Shown: piece after piece, positions 21,839 to 33,790 of the stretch
Layout of the letters: every line of letters starts with the position of its first letter
How positions within the stretch are numbered: position 1 is the first letter of the stretch
From: Rebecca billardiae RCC1528
Taxonomy: Eukaryota; Protista; Haptophyta
DNA length: 64,000 bases
Direction of reading: 5' to 3'
NCBI GenBank assembly: GCA_965240325.2
Contig: OZ251242.1
Coordinates: 372,001 to 436,000 of the forward strand
Made by a program: the position numbers and the translations under genes
Notes under the pieces: model-generated
Database searches by the model: none
The model's input: only the letters and a program-made list of their open reading frames with translations
Told to the model about the DNA's origin: nothing

Positions 21839-24500
21839 GAGCAGCCCACAGCGGAATAAGGGGTTGGCCACTGCCGCGCGCCCTTCTCAGGGGCGTTCCC
21901 CGCACTGGTCATACGCCAAATCGAACCGCGTTCCTATTGAAATTGGCTTCCTCGATTTAAAACGGGTACATTTGATTACGGCCCGCGCCAGTCCGGTAGC
22001 AATGCCCCCCCCAGGGGGGGGCATTGCTTTCGATCGGGAGCGTGTGGCAGGATCCCGGGAACGCCCTTGGGGCGGGAGGGTTGGCCACTGGCGCCGCAGT
22101 GGCCAACCCCCCCCCCGGTGGCCAACCCCCCTTCGCCGCCGACGGAGCGCTCCGGGGGCGGCGCGGGCGGTTCGGGTGGGCCCACCCGACCACAATGACC
22201 CGCGCCGGCCACCGCAACGCCGCCTCGCGACCCACTTCGCGCCCCGCGGGCACCTCGCAGAAGCGCGCGGCCCCACTGTGCTGGCGGCGCGTGCCCAGCG
22301 CGCGCTGCCGAGCGAGTGTGCGCGGATGGCGCGGGTTCTCCGCGGCGCGGAATGTCGGGGATGATGCAGTCGGCCGTGTCGCTGTGCAGCGCCAGGTCGC
22401 CGGCAGGTTCGCGCGCTGTCACGACGCTGCCCACCACCGAGCGCGGAGTCCTGCGCTGGGACGGCCAGCTGGGTGCCTTGGCGAGTGCGGCGGATGGCGA
22501 GAGGGATACGGGCGCGCTCGACCGTCGCGAGCGTGGAGAGGAAGCACGTACCTGCGCGCAAGCTCACCCTGGTATTCGTCCAGCTGGGCACACTTGACGC
22601 GCTACTGGCCACACGAGCACACGGCGACAAGCCGACCCGGGCACTCAGTCTGAGCTCAGCTTGCCGTGCGCACGGTTGCCGTCGGTCGGTGCTCAGGTGT
22701 CGCAGACTCTGCGGGCAGGCCGGTCTGGAACGGTATGAGGGGTGCCTGCTGAGTCGCGCTCGGGGTACCGTTGCCAGCACTCACCAGTACTAGCAGCTAC
22801 GCGGCTTGCTGGCTGCGGCACATGACTGTAGCAGCAGTACTGAGTATGCTGCCGCGACCGCCCAACTGTGTGGTAACAGACCGATTCTATGATATATATA
22901 ACGACACAGGTATACGACGGCGCAGGTCTCTTTATTTGTCGTCGGCAGTGCTCGATCGTCATCGACAATTAAGTCGGCGTTGGTGAGCAGAGCTCCGCCA
23001 GCACTGCGAGTCGAACTGCTGCGGCGGGATCCACCTGCGCCGTGCGGCAGCTCGCATGGGCCCGTGCTGCGCCGGACTCCGCCCCTAGTTAGGGGCGAGA
23101 GTGCATGGCTAGATGTCATCAGGCGGCCGTCTCAGCGGCTGGGCCTGGCGAGTGCTCCGACGGTGATGTAGTCGTCCCGGTGTGCCCTGCGCGGCCGCGT
23201 GCGCGCTTGCCGCTCTGCTCATCTAGCTGCATCATGTCTGTGCGAGTGTGTGACACCGCCTGACAAATCGGCGAGTTTTCGACTTTTCGTCAGTTTTATT
23301 TATTCTTTTTGTTTCCAATCGTCCTGATATTACGCACGTTAAGCGCGCGCGAGGCGTGAGGCGCTGCGGCCGTAGAGTTGCCGTGCGAAGGCGGCGCGTT
23401 GCTTGCGTGGCATAAGCGCGCTCGTCATACTGCTCTCTGCTCCCCGCGGCTTGCTCCTCGTCGACTTGGCCGCGCCTATGATCAGCGCGCATGCAAGCGT
23501 CGCCTCAGAATGAGCAGTCCGCGCCGGCCTCAGCCGTGTGCGCCCGCCTGGCGCGCGATGCGATCATCTCGGGACACGAGCCGAGAATGAGCGAGGAAGC
23601 ATATCTATGTCGCAAGCCGCGCCGCCTTGAGCCACCGATCGTGCGTTTTGATGCAGCTTTAGACGGCTGTTGATGAGTGCGAATCAGCCTGCACGAGCCA
23701 TGCATGCGATGGAGATGAACCAACCGACCGTAAGCGCCTTGAAGCGATGAATCGGAGTCTTCGGGTTGTGTGTGGGCGCATCAACTTGTGTACATCTGTA
23801 TGCAACGCCTGCGCACGTGGCTATTGTCATGCCATGCCTGAGTAGTTACTCGAACGAGTAGTCTTGTCACTGAAGGTCTCGACGCCATTGCAAGGGCAAG
23901 AAGAAAAGACGCGTGCAAGGCGCATGGCATGCGAACGATCGGTAGCTCAAGGTGGCGCGGTTTGCGCGCAGGTACGTGCTTCCTCTCCACGCTCGCGACG
24001 GTCGAGCGCGCCCGTATCCCTCTCGCCATCCGCCGCACTCGCCAAGGCACCCAGCTGGCCGTCCCAGCGCAGGATCCGCGCTCGGTGGTGGGCAGCGTCG
24101 TGACAGCGCGCGAACCTGCCGGCGACCTGGCGCTGCACAGCGACACGGCCGACTGCATCATCCCCGACATTCCGCGCCGCGGAGAACCCGCGCCATCCGC
24201 GCACACTCGCTCGGCAGCGCGCGCTGGGCACGCGCCGCCAGCACAGTGGGGCCGCGCGCTTCTGCGAGGTGCCCGCGGGGCGCGAAGTGGGTCGCGAGGC
24301 GGCGTTGCGGTGGCCGGCGCGGGTCATTGTGGTCGGGTGGGCCCACCCGAACCGCCCGCGCCGCCCCCGGAGCGCTCCGTCGGCGGCGAAGGGGGGTTGG
24401 CCACCGGGGGGGGGGTTGGCCACTGCGGCGCCAGTGGCCAACCCTCCCGCCCGAAGGGCGCGCGGCAGTGGCCAACCCCTTATTCCGCTGTGGGCTGCTC
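21839..24500. mobile_element. Long-TIR (foldback-like) element, 2662 bp, 5-bp TSD TCCAA
   Basis: TCCAA|GAGCAGCCCACAGCGGAATAAGGGG...CCCCTTATTCCGCTGTGGGCTGCTC|TCCAA. Arms ~21839-22561 and ~23961-24500 are near-identical reverse complements, apart from ~185 extra bp in the left arm. Confidence 0.88.
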
Positions 24501-27500
24501 TCCAACGAAAGCCGGAGGCCGAGCGACCGGGACGGGTGTCTGTCTGGTACTCTCCTCCGGACTGCGCCGCCATCGTTACTCGGCGGGCACAGCCCGTCTG
24601 GGGTTAACCTCACAGGCCGGGGTGGAGCACCGGACTGGGCGTGGACTCCCACCTCGTGGTCGACCCGTCGCCGCAGAAGTGAGCGGTGCGCGTGGAGCCG
24701 CCGCGCTCGGGCCTGCGCGGCATGCCGAACGGCCGGACCAGGAAGCGTGACATGTCCACACCACCTCATATGTGCTCCACCGCACTCGCTCTGCCCGCAC
24801 GCGGGGCGCGTGTGCACGATTGCCGTGTTTGCGGGGGCGTGCACGTCAGGGGCTGCGTGCGCCAGAAGTGCGGCGAGGGGGGGGCTCGGAGGGGCGTAGT
24901 CCGATGGTACTTGCGGCATACCATCGGCCAAACGTAGGCTGCGCTTGGCCGGCCTTGGCCATGGTGTGCTCATGCGTGAGCACTGCAAGCCCTATCTCAC
25001 ACTGTCCCTATGTGCCCTGCTCGCACGCGCGCAGCCCCTGTCGGCGGTGTGTGAAGCACGGTGCCCGCGGAGATCTCTCCCGGGGCTCCCTCTGACGTGC
25101 TCTCGCCAGTGGCCCAGCGTGTCAGGCGCGTGGAATGGCAGCTGCGGTTGCGCGCGCAGTCGCACGACCTCGTGCGGCTGCTGATCTGAGCGAGCTTAGC
25201 GCTGCTGCGGCTGATGGCCTGCATGGGCGTGCGTTGTTCTGTTGGCGGCACGCGATCGACGCCGGAGCGTCGATGCGGCAGCCCACGATAAGCTCCAGCC
25301 GAGACTTGAAAAGGTTGGCATCGACTGGCAGACGCTCTGGAGGGCGCCGTGCCGCGATGGGCGTACTGCACGCCTAGGAGTGGTCGCGCACAGCTTCTGC
25401 GCGACGATGAGCTGAGGCCGCCGCCGGCGAGTCCGCCGCCGCCATTGCGGCTGCTTGGCTTTCCAGCCGTGATGTCTGTGCCAGGCGGGTAGGCAGGTCT
25501 CCAGTCTGCATCGCCTCAAGCAGATGTCTCACTATCTAACGCCTCAGCTGCTCGTCTGGCGGCGCCGCCGCCCGACTGTGCAGTGTGCGGGCCACCGCGG
25601 CGTTACCAAATACCAGTGCGCGCCTGCCGCAGCCAGTGCTGAGTGCCCTGCCCCGGGGCCCCGGGCCGGGTCGCGAAGGCGGTCTCGTAGGAGACGATAT
25701 AGCGCCCGGCGTTGAAGGAGAGTTGTGTGCGCGCCATGTAGTAGCAGTGCTGCCAGACGACTGTGTAGGACCGGCGCGCGAATCATCCGATCTGATTATC
25801 ACCGGCTGGCGGCGGCGTCGGATAGTTTAGTCAGTTAGACAGTTACCGTCAGTCGTCTCAATGATGTTTCACGATCCGAAGCGGGCGCGGCGCCGGTCAC
25901 CGATCAGCCTCACCAAGCAGTCTCTGCTTACTCACTGTAGTCCAGTCACTTTAGTCAGTGTCCGCCGCGATCTGGCACTACGAGCCACGACCGTCTGACA
26001 GAGAGTCAGAGTGGTAGTACACGGCCCATAAGTCCGACTGGTACGGCAGACCCGCGTACCCCTCGCAGCCCGCCGGGCCCAAGGGCGGGTCGGCTCAGTA
26101 GTCGCTAAGTCACGGTGATATAGGCTTACTGGTAGCAGCGGTCGCAACCACGAAGGCGATCAGCATTGGCAGCATCAGCACCAGATCATCCGCGCAGGCC
26201 TGGCCAGCATCACTCACATCAGCTGTCAGCAACTGCGCACCACTGCTACTACGGAATACGGTGGCGCTTCGCGCGGCCCGCACAGACGTGAGACGGCCCC
26301 GAGTCGCAGGGCGGCAGGCTGACGCGCGCGCCGCGTCGCCTACCGCGTACTCGTAGGTATTGTACTGATGTGCACTGGCCTCCACGTCGCCGCCACACTC
26401 AGTCTCACAGTAGGACCGTCGTCGGCCTGTTACCGCTCACCGCAGTCATCCACTGCTTGAGACCGGTGCCAGCCTGGCGTGTCGCCCGGCGCGCGGCCCC
26501 GGAGGCCAGTACGGCCAGCCTTGCCGACCTGGCACGGTGATGACGACTCGTTGTATAGCTGGGCAGCACGGCTCAGCACTCGACGCAAGCACGCCGAAGT
26601 CCGTGGCCGAAGTCGACCTAGGCTGGTCGTGAGTAGTGGCGTCTCGCGAGTGATGAGAGACGACGAATGCGTCAAGCTTCCGAGACTGACGACCCGTTCG
26701 ACGAGGGGCGAGCCAGCTAGCGGTGCCAAGCTTGCCCACGGCCATGGTGCCACCGCGCGAGAGAGCATGCTGCTGCTGATAGAGGGCTCGTTATCTGAGG
26801 CACCGTGTGATGAATGAAACATCACCGCACAGGCCACGACCACAGTCGGCTGCGGGCAAGTTCCAGCTGACAGCCACGAGGGGATTAGCTGTCGTGAAGC
26901 TGGTGGTTGGCACCGGGCGAAGACCAGTAACGTGCCGACTGCAGTCTTCTGGCTCCATCGCAGGGACTCGGGCAGAGCAGGTGTCCAGAGGTTGAGCAAC
27001 ACCGCCGGTGCAGCCGCCGATCATGTTGCAGTGGGTGGAGCACAACTGAGGGGCTGCGAGCGCGTGGCGCGTGAGGGCGAATGCGCACGAAGGAAATATC
27101 CGCTTAGTGAGCTCCGACTGGCCAACCGTATCTACCAGCCACTCGAAACACGCCGCGCGCCCGAAACCCCCGTGGTCCAGCCACCCGGTGCCCTTTCGGG
27201 GCAGGCACAGCCCAAACGGTTCATGTGCGTGCAGAACGGGCGTGGCGAGTGCACAACCAGCCGCGAGCGCTCACCTGCTCGCGCTCCCTCCTCCGTATGG
27301 TCCTACCGAGTGCTCCGCTCAGCGACGCCCTCGAACGGGGTCACACGGCTCCGCCGCTCGACCAGCCCAGAGGCGCACGCGACACGAGGGGAGGGCCTCG
27401 CCGGCTCTCCATCAGCCGCGGCTCCCGAAGTGCCCTCCTCTCCGCTCCCGGACTCTGTGAGGTCCAGCCCAGCCGCACTCGCGTGAAGCGAGTGCGATGG

Positions 27501-28366
27501 CGGAGAGTACCAGCCAGGACGGGTGTCGTGTTCGCGGCTCCTTCTAGCTGTCGCAGGGAGGCAAGTAATTCAAGTAGAGGAAGTGAGGGTTCATCGATCC
27601 TTAAATAGTACTTTGCAGGAGCGCTCCTGCAAAGTGTGAAAGTGAGTCCTGTTCCAAGGGCTTGCCTGTTCTATAGCTGGGAGCCGGGTAATTGGGTAGG
27701 AACGTCTCGAGTCAGAAGAAACGCCGAACTGCAAGCAGTCAGGGTTTTCTTCGCCCAGGCAGGTCGAATTTATGACGCTTTCCATGTGGGTCGGCATCTT
27801 TCGAGGAACCAGACTGGCAGACCCGCCGAAGCGTTTTGGCCCACACCGTCAATTGGGTGATGGAACTTCTGATGAGCGAACCTTCCTTGTTCATCTGTTG
27901 GCAAACGAAGATTGTATCGGGGGCTTGGGCCGTTAACGCAAAGTATTGCAAGCAACTACTTGCAATACTTTGCGCGGGCGCACACCCCGAACTCACCACC
28001 GTAAAATAAGAATCGAGGTCATCACCGGCGGTAAAAGCTGTTAAAGGAGGTAGGAAAATATGGATCTCGTCATCACTCGTTTGCTTTAAATAAAAGGGTG
28101 TACTTCAAGCGATTCAGAGTTATGGCTATATCTAATTTTCGCCCCCATATATGTCGGAGCATTTCGAGTTTACCAGGATCTTACTTACCATCAACAATCT
28201 TTTGACGAGGTTGCAATCTCGCACCACCAAACGCTTCGGCGCTGATGGCAAGTAAGATCGCTCCGTCCGGGTCGGTCACACCCCCTTCTTCGCTCGCCTA
28301 CCTTCGCCTTCGCTCCCGTCAGAGCAGCAGTCTCGGTTGACAACACCGGCTTCCACGCTTCTCGCG

Positions 28367-28746
28367 ATGCCTCCCTTCGCGCACGGGGCCATCTCGGACT
28401 TCCGAGCCCGATGGCAGCCGCTGGAGGAAGAGAAAGCCATCCTCGAAGGCGTGTTCGACAAGTGCAACACGCCCAACCACCTCACCATCAATACACTCGC
28501 GTCCGCGCTGGGCATCCGTCCGCGGCAAGTGCGCGTCTGGTTCCAGAACCGACGACAGCGCCTGCGCAACAAGCACGGGCGCGAGGCGGTGCCGCTCACC
28601 ACGCTGGACGAGGGCGTCGCGTTCGCCCTCCCCTTGCACCGCCCGGTGCTCACCGCCAGTCCGGCGGTACTGCCGGTGCAGCCGCCGCCGGCATTGGTCG
28701 CTCAGCCGTCGCCACCGCCCGTGGCAGCGGAGCCGCCAGCGGCGCA

Positions 28747-28799
<53 letters not shown>

Positions 28800-29338
28800 G
28801 GCCGCCGCCGATCGAACCCACGCCCATGCGCCCCCCGGCGCACGCGCCATACGCGCGAGCAGCGCCCGAGCCGTTCGCCGAGCTCATGCACATGACGCCA
28901 GCCACACCCAGCTCCGCCGGCGAGTACGCGCAACGGCCACCTCACAAAATGCTCAAGCAGTACGAGCACCCACCGCAGACCTTGGCGGCGGAGATGCCGC
29001 CGAGCGTGCAGGTCTCCGCGGGCGCAAAGCCGGCGAAGATCGCGATGGACGGCCCCGTGCCGCCCGCGGTACCCTGGCTGCCCGGCAGCGGCATCGAGCA
29101 GACCCTCTCGATGCTCGTGGACCGAGAAGTGTGGCACCACGCGCTCTCGTCCGGTTACATCGAGGCGCAGGCGGCGCGGCTGCAGAGCCGACTGAGCACG
29201 TACCAGGCGGCGGAGCACGCGGCCACGACGCGGGCGTCCGGGCAGACGGCGTACAGCATGGACACCGGCGTGACGGTGGGATGGGGCTCCATAGGCGCTG
29301 GCGCCAGAGGTAGGATGCACCATGGCGCCGGCAGCTAG
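28367..29338 (+). CDS. Homeodomain transcription factor (intronless), paralog of 5425..6078, with poly-Pro region
   Basis: RWQPLEEEKAILEGVFDKCNTPNHLTINTLASALGIRPRQVRVWFQNRRQRLRNKHG. Confidence 0.9.
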
Positions 29339-31349
29339 CAGCGCACGGGCGCGCCTGCCAACGCGGGAGCGTGTTGCCCGCACGCCCGCCGCCACGGCGC
29401 GGCGCGCGCGGTCGCATGCGTGGGGGTGCCCTTCCAGCATAGTGCCGCCGCCCAACAGCTCGCGCGGTGATTCTGCCACTGGCACTCATGCGCCGCTCCC
29501 TCAGAATCCCTCCGGGACTCGCGCGGGCGGCCCCCGCTGTACCGACTAACCGAGTGCCGTCCGCGCGGAAATGATCATCGGCGCCGCGATCTACGTCGGA
29601 TTCTGTGCCGATAATGGCGATATATCGGATCTGACGGTCAGCAGCCGATCCGCCAGCCCCGTGGCGCACGGGTCACGTCGTTGTCGACCGAACGGGCAAC
29701 GGCTGTAGTCTGTACTGCGTCTGCGTTTGACGAACACCTTGACTGCCCCCCAGCCCCGTTTTTCACTTTTTGGCCGCACGATTGCGAATCTCAGAGTTAC
29801 TTGGCCAGTCAATGTTTAGAGTTTTGAAGAAGGCGAAAGACTATCTGGCGGCCGAAACGAGGGACGGCTGTCCCGATGGCGTTCCGGCCGCGAAGTCCGC
29901 CGGTGCCTTGCACGAGGGCGGCCGATCAGTGGCGCCTAGCCCGGTCGTCCGCGCGGTTGTGTCAGCGCACGCGCCATGTGTGTGCCCCCCGCTGTCATGG
30001 CATGTTGTGCGCCAGCACCGTGGGAGCTCCTCGCCTGTTCCTGTCACTTACGGCTAAGCGACGGTGCAGAGATCTTCCGAGTCCGAGCCCGCGACTGCTG
30101 AACTTCTGTTGATACGTGTGCGAATCCTTGCAGAAAAGCACGCTCTGCTCCCGCAAATCTACCTGGCGAACGTGCGCTGGTGTCAATGCTTCACGCAGTG
30201 CACAAATGCCATGGCGAATCAGTCTTCCCTGCGTGTCACAGGCCTTGGCGTTTGCACATCGACAAGCTAACGGAGACGAGTCCCGACGAGCTGCGTATGG
30301 CTGTGGTCGCATGTAGTGTGGGCGTCGAACGCCGGAGAAGGTGGTGGCTGAAGGCGATAGAAGTATGCTCTCCCATCGGGTACAAGCCAGGCTTGGAAGA
30401 CGTCTGCTTGCATCACACACACAGCTTACGCCGACCCGTGCGACGTGAAGCGCCTCAAGCGTGACGGAAGCAACCCAAGGTGCGCGCAAGGCGTGAGGAG
30501 CAGGGTGATCTAACCTTACGCGGGCCTGCTCATCTAGCAGCGCACTCAGTAGATCGCCCCCGTCCTCAGGCGCACGATGACCACCGAATCGTGAATGTGT
30601 AGACGCTGACGCGTGCCAGCTTGCGGCGAGCAGCGACCGTGCCCGCGGACTCGGGCCTCGCGCAAGAACAAGCAGGTTTTTTTGGCGCGGAGGACGCTAG
30701 CATGACCTGCACGTACAGCGGGGAGATTTTTTGCAAGGCGTGCCCTACATACAGCTCGCGTGCCCCTCAGATATCCCGCGCGGAGAACGTCAGCAGCCCA
30801 GCATCGCAGTCCGCGCCGCAGCCCCAACCACTCAGCTCCGCCCCTCGCCCACCACGAGACGGCGAGATACCCCGCGAAGTGGAACCAAAGAAATAAAGGG
30901 GGGTAGAACGGAAAGCTTTGCTGATTAATAGGGATTCAGACTGCTGCGCCGACACGACCCCCCGGCGCTTCGTCAGGGGATCCTTCGCTCAGAGGCCGCG
31001 AATGGTGCCCTGGCTCCTCCCGCGATTCCGACGAGCCCTCGTAGCCGTCCTCGTACTCGCTGCTGGTGCGACCCTGGCCTGCTTTGAATCGATGCGCCCC
31101 AGGACCCGGTCTCTTGGCGCTGGCTCACGGCCGGCAGCTCAGCTCAATGATGGCGTGAGGTGTGCGCCCCGCCCCTTCTCGCGCGGAACCTGCAGCGACC
31201 CTTCGCAACTGCACGCGCGCGGTGCGCGGGACGTGCGCATACGATTTGGTGCCCTAAGTATTGTATGTGGGCTATGGCCACATGTGCGCCCGTACACACC
31301 TTAGGGCACCACACAAATCTCACCATTCCTCCGCGGCCGCGCGCGCTCC

Positions 31350-32600
31350 GTGTGCAGCGGCGCAGCGCGGTGGTGGTACCTGGACAAGGAGGTCGCGGAC
31401 GAGCTGCAGAGGCGTCTGACGGAGGAGGACCCGTTTGGCACAGCCTACGTGACCTACGCTCAGAAGGCGAACCACCTGTCGGGGATCAAGGCGAGGTGGA
31501 TGTACTACGTCGGCCCGGTGGGCGAGATGTTGCCTGCATGTTGAACAGAGCAGGTCATTACTTTGAGGCCAAGCTCAAAGCCGTCGTCGACGCGAGCGAG
31601 AGCCGACTGCTCGACGCAACCACGATCGCCTATGTGCTCGCTAACGACCCCGACTTCCTCCAGCGCCTCGAGGCCCTGAGGTTCACCGTGGGTGTGCGTC
31701 ACCCGCCGCCCGACGGGCCGCCCACGCGCGGCCGCTCGGACTACTACATTGTCATTGACCTGCTCGACAAGGTCCTGCGCGCCAAGCCGATCCGCACGGT
31801 GCCCACCCGTGTGGACGACAGCACCGGCTTGGCGGTGCTGGCGTACGATGCCCTCCGCCGCGAGCTCGACCTCGAGCGCACCGCCGCGCCTCCGCCCGCG
31901 CCCACGCCGGCGGCCACGGCACCTGCAGCACCGCTTCACGCTCTGGATGCTGAGAGCAAGCTCGAGGCGGCCGCAGCGCGGCTCGGTGAAGCAGGCTTCA
32001 GCCTCGCACACGGCTGCGGCTTCTTCCGGGCGGTGCGGGCTGGCGGGGGCGCGGCCGACAACCGCACGGAGATCCTGGTCGTGCACGAGCGACGCGATCA
32101 CGTGCTACGTGACCTTCGATGGCGTGTGCGTCGCTGGCGAGCCGGACGTGGCCAAGGCGCTTGCCCTGCACTCGAGCCTCGTCGCGGACGGTGCGGTGCT
32201 ATGTCCGGGCGCGGACGTCGGGCCGCCCGACGGCGACAGGGCCGAGTACTTGCAGCGCCGCTCGTACGCCTGCCTCTACGCGTACACGGGAGACCAGCTC
32301 GAGCCTCCCATCCCTTCGGCGAAGAGCATCGCCTCTGCACAGCTGCGCGGCGCGCAGCCGCGCGCAGCCGCGTGCTCAAACACGGTGACGTCGGAGGAGC
32401 CGAGGCGCACGGCACCGGCTTCACGCGCGACGTGAGCGCATTCTACTGCCGTGACGGTGACTTTCGCTCCCCGGCGTGCACTCTGCTCGCCAACGCGCAC
32501 GGCACGCGCCGCAGCCCTTGCGGCCCGTGCCGGCTGGCGCAGAAGCGGCTGCGCGAGGCATACGAGTCGCACGTGAGGATCGTCGACAGTGTCACCGGCA
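31350..32600 (+). pseudogene. Frameshifted ORF in the P-like element, probably the transposase N-terminal part
   Basis: Coding-like segments in alternating frames, ending in LCPGA...FRSPACTLL......PCGPCR, a Cys pattern recalled from P/THAP9-type transposases upstream of the catalytic domain. Confidence 0.45.
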
Positions 32601-32699
32601 GCGCTGCTGCTGCGACGGCGACGGCCGCCGCCGCGCCTGACCTCGGCCCCACCGACGTGGCGGTAGCGGCGGGAGCGGCTGCCGTCGACGCAGCAGCTG

Positions 32700-33790
32700 C
32701 GCGTGCGGGCGTGCTCCCTCGGAGGATCAGCTCGGACACCGCCGCAAAGATGTCGGCACCGAGCTCTTTGAGCCGCTCGCGCGTGAGCACTGTCGTCGTG
32801 AGCTGTTCCATGCGCGCCGTGAGGGAGGAGAGGCACGGGCCGGGTAGACAAAGCGCGTCCTCGATGTACTGCCGCCGGAGGGACAGCTGCGACGGCAGCT
32901 GGTCGTGGATAGTATCCCGCGCGCTCACCTCGTTGTGCACCAGCCAGGGGTGCCAATTCCACCTCGCATCAGCTCGCGCCGCTGCACCGCGAGCTCCGAC
33001 TCGAACACTGTACATCACTCATCAGCCCCCGAGGCCCGAGCCGGCCAGGTAGTACACGAGCTGAGCCCTCAGATCCTCGCGATCGAAGGCCACTGGCTCG
33101 GGCAGCTCGATCGGCGCTCTGTTCTGCAGCCGCTCGCACACGATCGCGTACAGCGCGTCGTCCAGATCGACGAGTAGCGCGACGTGGAAATCGGGCAGCT
33201 CCGTCGGCAGCTGCTGGCCGTGCAGAGCCGCCTCAGCGCTCTCTTTGTGCGCCGCCAGAAAGTCGTCGCGCGTGTCAAGAAAGCTGTGCTCGAGCCGCGA
33301 GCGCACGTTTCCGACGGACGCGGCAGAGCGAGCGCGGTGCTTTGCGATCAGGTGGACGATGGCCGTGGCACGCGCCACGAGCCCGGAGCGCAGCGCGACG
33401 CCAAGCGTGCTCAGCCAGCCGGCTCGCCTCGGGCCGGAACCTGACTGCCAGGCCAGACCTCTGGCTCTTCTCGACGGCAGCCGCCACGACCGAGCCGAGT
33501 GCGCCAATACGCTCGAATAGCGAGGCACGATACTTGGCCTCCGGCTCGAGCGTCTTGAGCTTCTGAGGCGGGTGGAGAAAGCTCTTGTAGACGGCATTCA
33601 TGTGCGTCCGCTTCAGCTTGTGACGAGCCGCAACGATGTCGAGCGGCAACGAACTGCCCTTGTACGGAAGCCGGTCGGGATGTTGCTTCTGCCACGCCGC
33701 GTGATGCTCGTCAAACACCGCGAAGAGCTCCGCGCGCGCCTCGGCCGTGAAGCGGCTCTCCCTCTTTCGCCTTCTTCGACGCCGACATTG
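32700..33790 (-). pseudogene. Second, convergent, disrupted ORF in the P-like element
   Basis: RFTAEARAELFAVFDEHH..., ...LRAQLVYYLAG (like the YIAG motif of P-element C-terminal regions), ...LTRERLKELGADIFAAVSELI; broken by frameshifts and a stop. Confidence 0.45.

Noticed and set aside
21864-24988. Duplicated ORFs on opposite strands suggesting a gene pair
   Set aside because: Mirror translations of the foldback arms with no protein motifs. The same applies to 58448-59621.
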